In this document: piece after piece, positions 1 through 6,256 of the stretch
Layout of the letters: the number at the start of each line of letters is the position of its first letter
How positions within the stretch are numbered: position 1 is the first letter of the stretch
NCBI GenBank assembly: GCA_964602865.1
Contig: CAZRSX010000003.1
Coordinates: 1,288 to 65,287, forward strand
Source: an uncultured Candidatus Saccharibacteria bacterium
GTDB lineage: Bacteria > Patescibacteriota > Saccharimonadia > Saccharimonadales > JAGQNJ01
Reading direction: 5' to 3'
DNA length: 64,000 bases
Made by a program: the position numbers and the translations under genes
Notes under the pieces: model-generated
The model's database searches: none
What the model was told of the DNA's origin: nothing
Seen by the model: the letters and a program-made list of their open reading frames with translations, nothing else

Positions 1-36
1 ACCATTTTACCCTGTTTTTTTACTTTTTTCCAGATT

Positions 37-369
37 CTAGGCCGCTTTTGGCTTTAACCTGCTAACAGCGCTTTCCAGCTCATCAACGCGCTGCACAGTA
101 TTCTCAAGTTTTAAGTCCTTGACACTCAGCTTATCATCAACCTCTTGAATCTTTGCAGAAAGCCGCTCCTCTACGCCATCGATTCTCCTGCCCAAGCGCA
201 ACTCTACATCATCAACCTTCTTGTCGAGCCGCTTTTCTACGGTGTCGATCTTGCCATGCACTTCGGCGAAGCCCTGAGCCGTTTGCAGGGCCAACGCATC
301 CACAGCAGTGTTTACCGAGGTATCTACGATGCCTTTTATTGCCTTCAAGTCGTCTTTGGTTAAACTCAT
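37..369 (-). CDS. small coiled-coil protein made of tandem 11-residue repeats (hypothetical)
   Basis: ORF track gives 37..450. I prefer the internal ATG at 369 (MSLTKDD...). A TATCAT -10 box lies 7 nt upstream, and the long form would overlap the rsmD 3' end. Repeat units KIDTVEKRLDK / KVDDVELRLGR / RIDGVEERLSA / KIQEVDDKLSV are visible. No family recognised. Confidence 0.55.
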   Translation of the reverse strand: MSLTKDDLKAIKGIVDTSVNTAVDALALQTAQGFAEVHGKIDTVEKRLDKKVDDVELRLGRRIDGVEERLSAKIQEVDDKLSVKDLKLENTVQRVDELESAVSRLKPKAA

Positions 370-376
370 TACACTT

Positions 377-382
377 ATGATA
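377..382 (-). promoter_or_regulatory. -10 box TATCAT, 7 nt upstream of the ATG at 369
   Basis: Minus-strand reading: GCGTATCAT-AAGTGTA-ATG. No SD in between. Confidence 0.4.
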
Positions 383-418
383 CGCGCCGGTTGCGGCTGT
401 TTCAAGAGCAATTTAGAC

Positions 419-955
419 CTAGATTTTGCGGTAAAAAACCAGTGTGGCATTGCCGTACGTTTTGTGACGCAGCACGGTCATATCCGGAAGCTCGGGAATT
501 GGTTCACTGCTCGGCCAGGATAAGACGAGCGACCCGCCCGGAGCAACGTGCCGTGATAATTTCTCGATGAGTAATGCCAGCACCGCATCATACGGTGGGT
601 CGCAGATGACGATGTCAAACAGCTTGTCGGTGTTATTGTTTGACCAACCCTTGATATTGCCTTGTATAACCGCAGCTTCTTCGACTAGGCCGAGCGATTC
701 GACACTTTCTTTGATAGTTCGTATGGCGCCCTTATCAAGCTCGATAATAGTTGCTGCGGACGCCCCACGACTGAGCGCTTCAAGCGCAACTGCGCCGCTG
801 CCACCAAATGCATCAAGTGCACTCAAACCTGCAACGTCGCCAAGTATATTAAACACTGCGCCACGAATTTTTTCGCTCATGGGGTGCGTATGGTAACTTT
901 TGGGCGCATTAAACTGCCGACCACCAAGTTTACCGCTGATAATACGCATTTTCAT
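419..955 (-). CDS. rsmD: 16S rRNA (guanine-N2)-methyltransferase RsmD
   Basis: 178 aa. SAM-binding DAFGGSGAVALEALSRG and catalytic DPPY motif (ICDPPYD), the typical RsmD size and layout. GGAGG SD lies 11 nt upstream of the ATG. Confidence 0.85.
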   Translation of the reverse strand: MKMRIISGKLGGRQFNAPKSYHTHPMSEKIRGAVFNILGDVAGLSALDAFGGSGAVALEALSRGASAATIIELDKGAIRTIKESVESLGLVEEAAVIQGNIKGWSNNNTDKLFDIVICDPPYDAVLALLIEKLSRHVAPGGSLVLSWPSSEPIPELPDMTVLRHKTYGNATLVFYRKI

Positions 956-1032
956 CCCGTTAGAGACCTCCAGTCCCGCTAGGAGCTTTTTTTGGCGTAT
1001 ATAGCTTGGCTCTAACGGGATTCATAGGCTTA

Positions 1033-1842
1033 TTATACTCGGTCAGCGTCTTGTAACGCCTTGTACCAAGTGACTGCGATAGTTTTTGAAATAGTCGGGC
1101 CAAGCTTGTGGCGGACGTCATAGACAAGTTTCGTCGACCAGCCGCGCTTGCTAAAGCGGCCGTACATGTCGAGCACCGCGATTTCGCGGGCAGCGCGCTT
1201 GAAATACTCTGCAACACCAATGTCTGACACGAGATCTATGTCTTCCTCAGTCAGAGCGGCCTCTTTCATGCTGAGCGGTGCGATAATGGCCGCCACCCCT
1301 AGCTCAAACATGCTGTGCAGACTTATCAGCCCCTTTGGCCCCCAGACCTTCCAGGTTTTGGTGAGCTTTTCGCGCTTCGTATCGCCGGGTGGAAACCACT
1401 TCTGCTTGACCGTTGTACGGTTTTCGATACCGTGCCCCCAAATCTCTTCCAGCTCCGCCTCGTACGGATAGTGATGCGCCGGGGTCAGCCCGTCAACGAT
1501 GGCGTGGGACAGCCAAGCAGCTTCGAACGCCACCCGCTCTTGGTTGCCGCTTTGTAGCTCCTTTACCAGCGCGTTATAGTGTCCGGTAATCAGTTCAAAA
1601 ATCTGCGAATCATTATCGTCAAACGGGCTGTAGTAGTGCCAAGGCTCGTCTTTGGCCGGACTTTTGCGCTTGATAGCGTCCGGGCCTTTATTGCCCTCAA
1701 AATGAATGATGCGGCGAGCCGAGGGAAAGACATCATCGTCAACACCAAGCCGCTCAAGATGTTTGCGCGCCACGCGGTCGAGTTTTTGGTGTGCGCCGAC
1801 AATGTTGCCCGAGAACGGTGTGAGCGTTGTGCCGCTATACAT
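1033..1842 (-). CDS. hypothetical protein, His-rich motifs (possible metal-dependent hydrolase, phospholipase C / P1-nuclease-like)
   Basis: 269-aa ORF with a GGAG SD 6 nt upstream. Motifs WLSHAIVDGLTPAHH and HYYSP hint at a zinc-hydrolase fold, but I do not recognise a family with certainty. Confidence 0.6.
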   Translation of the reverse strand: MYSGTTLTPFSGNIVGAHQKLDRVARKHLERLGVDDDVFPSARRIIHFEGNKGPDAIKRKSPAKDEPWHYYSPFDDNDSQIFELITGHYNALVKELQSGNQERVAFEAAWLSHAIVDGLTPAHHYPYEAELEEIWGHGIENRTTVKQKWFPPGDTKREKLTKTWKVWGPKGLISLHSMFELGVAAIIAPLSMKEAALTEEDIDLVSDIGVAEYFKRAAREIAVLDMYGRFSKRGWSTKLVYDVRHKLGPTISKTIAVTWYKALQDADRV

Positions 1843-1857
1843 ATGAGACTCCGCCTC

Positions 1858-1892
1858 TGGAAATCGGAAAATGGAAAACGGAAAACGGAAAA
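1858..1892. repeat. five tandem 7-bp units YGGAAAW (TGGAAAT CGGAAAA TGGAAAA CGGAAAA CGGAAAA)
   Basis: Read directly from the sequence. Lies 16-50 nt upstream of the ATG at 1842 (minus strand), between the recG stop and the SD of the 269-aa gene. Confidence 0.9.
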
Positions 1893-1936
1893 TTTGTTAT
1901 TGATAGGTCCGTATTCTTCATTCTTGTTTCAAATTT

Positions 1937-3973
1937 CTAGTTGAGGTGGTTTATTTTTTGTAAGTTTCTGATCCGCTTTTGCAATCCTTCGTATTGTAGC
2001 AGATTTTCAGGTGTTTGGGCAGCCTGGATCGCCGCGTCGCGCGCTTCTTTGATGAGTGCTGTATCTGATAGGGACACCAGGCGGAGGTCTAGATCTCCGT
2101 GCTGGCGGTTGCCGTAAATGGCGCCCGGACCACGCAGCTCCATATCAAGTTCGCTGAGGCGAAACCCATCGGTGCTTTGTTCGATAGCCCGCATACGTTT
2201 ACTTGGCGCGTTTGAGTCGCTCAAAAGCAAGTAGCAATAGCCTTGCTCAGTGCCGCGTCCAACTCGGCCGCGCAACTGGTGCATTTGCGCCAGACCAAAG
2301 CGTTCTGGCGATTCAATCAGCATGATCGTAGCGTTCGGCACATCAACGCCGACTTCAATTACTGTCGTAGCCACCAGAATATCTATTTTGCCGTCCACAA
2401 AGGCCTGCATAATCTTTTGCTTAGCCTCAGCGTTTTGCTTACCGTGCAGCACAGCGATACGTCGCTTTGGAAAGGCCGCACGTATTTCTTCTGCAGCCTC
2501 ATCCACAGATTTTGCCGGCATAAGGTCAGACTGCGAAATAAGCGGGCAGACCACGAACATCTGCTGTTTTTTGCCCAAAAGCTTGTCAATATCCTGATAC
2601 AATTTCTCGCGCTTGGCTGGTGTTACCAGCTTGGTGATAACGGGTTTTCGCTGTTTGGGCTTGTGCCGCAAAATAGAAATATCCAGCTCGCCATAGACGG
2701 TCAGCGCAAGGCTCCGCGGGATAGGGGTGGCCGTCATACTCAACATGTGCGGAAAGCGATTAGCTTTTTTGAGTAAGATTTTGCGCTGGTCGACGCCGAA
2801 ACGGTGCTGTTCGTCAATGATTACCAGAGCAAGTTTTGGCATATCGACTTTTTCTTGTATAAGCGCATGCGTACCAACGATCAGCTGCGCCGAGCCGTCT
2901 TGAATACGTTTGTAGGCCGCTTTTTTCTGCGTCGAGCTCATGCTGCCAACCAGCAATAAAACCCGCTTGTCTTGACCCAAAGGTTTAAGCAGCTCGACCA
3001 ACGTATCGGCGTGCTGTCGGGCCAGCAGTTCGGTCGGCGCCATGAACGCCACTTGCAACGGCGAGGCATGCATGACCATGGCTGCGGCCATAGCGGCGAC
3101 AGCTGTTTTGCCAGAACCGACGTCGCCCTCTAATAATCTGTTCATAGGGTGCGCCTGCTCAATATCCTGATAGATTTCCCAGACCGCGGAGCGCTGCGAA
3201 TCAGTTAGGTCAAATGGTAAATGTTTCACCATAGTCTTTGCCAGCGCCACATCAAACGGAATCGGCAACGCCGCCTCACGCAGGGTTTCTTGCTTCAATA
3301 ACTGTGCTGCCAGTATCAGTTCAAAGACTTCTTCAAAACCCAAACGCCGCTTAGCTCGCGACAAATCATCCAGTGTCTTTGGGAAGTGTATCAGCCGCAA
3401 GGCCTCGCGCTTATCAATCAGCTCGTGTTTCTTTTCTATTTCTGCCGGCAAAGTCGTTTCAATCGATGCGATAGTCTGAAACGCTGTTCTGAGTACTCTG
3501 CGTATTTCTGACGATTTGATCTCCTTGTGCTCGCGGTAGATAGGCACAATCCGCGCCGTATTCACCGGAAAGCTGCTGACCAATTCCATGCTGGGGTTTT
3601 GAATGGCAAACTGTTGGCGTTTCAGCTCCAGCGTGCCGGAAACAAAATAGTCTTCGCCACGCTTGATGGCCCTTTCGCGGTAGGGCTGGTTAAACCAGAC
3701 AATGCGCACGCTCGAAGTTTTGTCACTGGCAACCGCTTCAGTAATATGCAGTCCCCCGCGTATCCAACGACCTTTAACTTGCTTCACCTGCGCTCGAATT
3801 GACACGGTGCCTGGACGAAGTTTATTGATTGGCTGAATATTGGCAAAATCCTGATATTTCTTTGGGTAATACAATAGCAAATCTTCAACTGTAACCACGC
3901 CAAGCTTCTTCAGCTGTTTGGCCAACTCCGGCCCCACACCCTTCAATACTTCAACAGAATCTGTCGGCTTCAC
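1937..3973 (-). CDS. recG: ATP-dependent DNA helicase RecG
   Basis: 678 aa. N-terminal wedge/OB region, Walker A GDVGSGKT, DEQH box (IIDEQHRFG), and C-terminal helicase motifs QLRGRVGRG. GTG start at 3973. Confidence 0.9.
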   Translation of the reverse strand: MKPTDSVEVLKGVGPELAKQLKKLGVVTVEDLLLYYPKKYQDFANIQPINKLRPGTVSIRAQVKQVKGRWIRGGLHITEAVASDKTSSVRIVWFNQPYRERAIKRGEDYFVSGTLELKRQQFAIQNPSMELVSSFPVNTARIVPIYREHKEIKSSEIRRVLRTAFQTIASIETTLPAEIEKKHELIDKREALRLIHFPKTLDDLSRAKRRLGFEEVFELILAAQLLKQETLREAALPIPFDVALAKTMVKHLPFDLTDSQRSAVWEIYQDIEQAHPMNRLLEGDVGSGKTAVAAMAAAMVMHASPLQVAFMAPTELLARQHADTLVELLKPLGQDKRVLLLVGSMSSTQKKAAYKRIQDGSAQLIVGTHALIQEKVDMPKLALVIIDEQHRFGVDQRKILLKKANRFPHMLSMTATPIPRSLALTVYGELDISILRHKPKQRKPVITKLVTPAKREKLYQDIDKLLGKKQQMFVVCPLISQSDLMPAKSVDEAAEEIRAAFPKRRIAVLHGKQNAEAKQKIMQAFVDGKIDILVATTVIEVGVDVPNATIMLIESPERFGLAQMHQLRGRVGRGTEQGYCYLLLSDSNAPSKRMRAIEQSTDGFRLSELDMELRGPGAIYGNRQHGDLDLRLVSLSDTALIKEARDAAIQAAQTPENLLQYEGLQKRIRNLQKINHLN

Positions 3974-3980
3974 AGATTTT

Positions 3981-3986
3981 AGTATA
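3981..3986 (-). promoter_or_regulatory. -10 box TATACT, 7 nt upstream of the recG GTG start
   Basis: Minus strand: GCGTATACT-AAAATCT-GTG. No SD. Confidence 0.45.
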
Positions 3987-4018
3987 CGCTACTTAAAAGC
4001 AGGACTGTTCGGTGTGCA

Positions 4019-4840
4019 CTAGCTGGCTTTTTTGACGAGCAAGAACACGCTCGGGCCAAAATAAGTTTTGGCCAGGGTTGGCTGCAGAAATCGCTCCACC
4101 GACAACATCGCGCTGGCTGGGATGATTTTCTTCAGCGTGGGCGAACGCAAGTTTGACACTGACAGAACTTTTTCAACTTTTAGTCCAGCGTGCGCCAGCT
4201 GTTTGATAACAGTCTTCGGGTTGTGGTTCACAAAGGCGATTTCATCATCTCTCTTGTTCTGTTCGCTTCTGATATCAACCGGATTGGTCGGGAGTTTTTT
4301 GAGCTTCACTGCATGCTTCAACCGATTACGGCCATGAGCATAGTTGGCGATCTCAAGGATAAACACGCCGTCGTCTTTGAGTACGCGGGCAATCTCGCTG
4401 AACTCCAGGCTGGGGTCTGGCAAATGGTGCATGACACGAATCATGGTAATAAGATCGAGCGAATCATCTCTGAAACGCAAATCATCGGCCTGCATCAGTT
4501 GCTGGTCAATCTTGGGATAGTCTTTGAGAAAATCTTTGGCAATGTCCAATTGCTGTTTGCTGGGTTCGGCTAATGTCACCTTGTCGGCGTAGTCCTGCAG
4601 CAACACACACAAACGCCCGTAGCCGCCACCGATATCTGCAGCAGACTTGTAGTGCTTGCCTTTCAGTAGCCGCTTGATAGCAATCTCTTCACTGGCGTGC
4701 TCATAATCGCGGCCTGCCCAGTAGTCGCGGTAGTTATGCTTTGGGTCATTATATTGGTCGGCTTTACGCGATGCGCTTGTTTGCCGACGACTGGAGCCGG
4801 ATGGTTTTTTGGTTCGTGTGTTTGATTTAGATTTTGTCAT
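4019..4840 (-). CDS. class I SAM-dependent methyltransferase with basic N-terminal tail
   Basis: 273 aa. Motif I DIGGGYGR and a downstream acidic loop (LAEPS). Substrate unknown. Confidence 0.8.
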   Translation of the reverse strand: MTKSKSNTRTKKPSGSSRRQTSASRKADQYNDPKHNYRDYWAGRDYEHASEEIAIKRLLKGKHYKSAADIGGGYGRLCVLLQDYADKVTLAEPSKQQLDIAKDFLKDYPKIDQQLMQADDLRFRDDSLDLITMIRVMHHLPDPSLEFSEIARVLKDDGVFILEIANYAHGRNRLKHAVKLKKLPTNPVDIRSEQNKRDDEIAFVNHNPKTVIKQLAHAGLKVEKVLSVSNLRSPTLKKIIPASAMLSVERFLQPTLAKTYFGPSVFLLVKKAS

Positions 4841-4850
4841 ACAAATGATG

Positions 4851-4856
4851 AGTATA
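4851..4856 (-). promoter_or_regulatory. -10 box TATACT, 10 nt upstream of the methyltransferase ATG
   Basis: Minus strand: GTGTATACT-CATCATTTGT-ATG, inside the 22-nt gap after tyrS. Confidence 0.45.
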
Positions 4857-4862
4857 CACTAC

Positions 4863-6110
4863 TTAGCTTTTTAACAATACTTGGGTATTTTTACCACGCC
4901 GGAGCACCGCATAGCCGTGCACAAAGTCGTCTTTGTGGAGCGTCGTTTTATCTGCTGGGGCTTTTTGGCCGTTGATATAAACCGCGCCGCTTTGCACGAA
5001 ACGGCGGGCTTCTGTATTCGAACCAGCAAGACCGCTACTAACCAGTGCTGGAACAAGTTCGATGCCTGGGCCAAAGTGATGCACTGACAACTGCGTTTCC
5101 AGTTTCTTAAAATCCGCTGCAGCGAACTCGGCATATTCGCTCGAACCAAAAATGACTTTCGCGCTCTGCTTTTTGGCCTCTGCCTCACCATGTACCAGCT
5201 TGGTAACCTCAAAGGCAAGTGTCTTTTGCGCCAAACGGCTTGCTTTGTCACGAGTGAACTGCGCCATAATTTCATCAATCTCGGTTTTCGATAGTTCGGT
5301 GTAAATCTTGAGGTAATCTTCGCAACCGTCATCATCAACATTGAGCCAAAACTGGTAAAACTCGTACGGACTCGTTTGCTGAGCGTCCAGCCACACCGCG
5401 CCGTCTTCAGATTTGCCAAACTTCTTACCGGTTGTTTTGTTGATAATAAGCGGTGTTGTCCAGACATGCACCTCTTTACCAGTCTTGCGTCGAATCAAAT
5501 CCACGCCGGCGATACTGTTACCCCACTGATCAGCGCCACTTAATTGCAATGTCACCTCATGTTTTTCAAACAGATGTAAAAAGTCGTAGCCTTGGATTAA
5601 CGAGTAGCTAAACTCCGCATAGCTGATACCGGCGCCATCTTCACCCAGTCGTGACTGTACAAAATCGCGAGCCAGCATCTGACGCATCGGCACATGCTTG
5701 CCCACATCGCGTAAAAATTCCAGATAGTTCATGTCTTTAAACCAGTCGTAGTTATCGACAACTTTAAAGTCTTCACCTTTAAAAATTTGCTTGTACTGCG
5801 TAGTGATTGCAGCTTTATTTTTAGCAATTTCGTCCAAAGTTTTCAGATCGCGCTCTTGTGCTTTACCATCCGGATCACCAATGAGGCCTGTCGCGCCGCC
5901 AACCAATAAAATTGGCTCGTAGCCATGTTTTATAAACACGCGAACCATCATCGCAGCCGCCAGGTTGCCGATTTGCATCGACGGCGCGCTCGGGTCTACA
6001 CCCCAATAAAATGTTCTCGGAGCTTTATCCAGGTCTTTGATGGCCGAGAACGTCGTCTGGTTCACAAACCCGCGCCATTGTAGTTCTTCTGATAAGGTCA
6101 TTTGTTTCAT
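4863..6110 (-). CDS. tyrS: tyrosine--tRNA ligase
   Basis: 415 aa. Class I signature region (PSMQIGN in the HIGH position), KFGKS (KMSKS-type loop), and a C-terminal S4-like domain (RRFVQSGAVYINGQK). AAGGAG SD lies 5 nt upstream. Confidence 0.92.
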   Translation of the reverse strand: MKQMTLSEELQWRGFVNQTTFSAIKDLDKAPRTFYWGVDPSAPSMQIGNLAAAMMVRVFIKHGYEPILLVGGATGLIGDPDGKAQERDLKTLDEIAKNKAAITTQYKQIFKGEDFKVVDNYDWFKDMNYLEFLRDVGKHVPMRQMLARDFVQSRLGEDGAGISYAEFSYSLIQGYDFLHLFEKHEVTLQLSGADQWGNSIAGVDLIRRKTGKEVHVWTTPLIINKTTGKKFGKSEDGAVWLDAQQTSPYEFYQFWLNVDDDGCEDYLKIYTELSKTEIDEIMAQFTRDKASRLAQKTLAFEVTKLVHGEAEAKKQSAKVIFGSSEYAEFAAADFKKLETQLSVHHFGPGIELVPALVSSGLAGSNTEARRFVQSGAVYINGQKAPADKTTLHKDDFVHGYAVLRRGKNTQVLLKS

Positions 6111-6151
6111 AATTACTCCTTATAGAGTACACGAAAAGAGACAATTTCAAA

Positions 6152-6160
6152 ACTATAGCA
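6152..6160 (-). promoter_or_regulatory. extended -10 TGCTATAGT for tyrS (leadered, ~41-nt 5' UTR with AAGGAG SD)
   Basis: Minus strand: GGTTGCTATAGT ... TATAAGGAGTAATT-ATG. Confidence 0.5.
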
Positions 6161-6212
6161 ACCCCAAAGAACAGCATAAGCAATATTGTATTGGCAAGTC
6201 TACTGCTGGGTT

Positions 6213-6221
6213 TGCTATAAT
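6213..6221 (+). promoter_or_regulatory. extended -10 TGCTATAAT for the PBP gene (leadered, GGAG SD at 6241..6244)
   Basis: Plus strand: TTGGCA (6191..6196), 19-nt spacer, then TATAAT. Confidence 0.5.
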
Positions 6222-6256
6222 AAAGTGCACATAAACTTATGGAGTCCGATACATAA

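Noticed and set aside
967-993. Hairpin CTCCAG-TCCCG-CTAGGAG followed by T7 on the plus strand (looks like a terminator)
   Set aside because: No plus-strand gene ends here. On the minus strand the same bases provide the GGAGG SD of rsmD, and the stem is weak (4+2 bp with a bulge). It is at most an antisense-transcription stop.
1858-1892. CRISPR array or other interspaced repeats (also considered for 57436..57660)
   Set aside because: The repeats are contiguous 7-bp units or coding-sequence repeats with no spacers, and there are no cas genes in the window.
6111-6256. T-box riboswitch upstream of tyrS
   Set aside because: Only 146 nt are shared with the divergent PBP promoter. The tyrS leader is about 41 nt from a TGCTATAGT box. 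No T-box consensus, specifier loop or terminator/antiterminator is visible.
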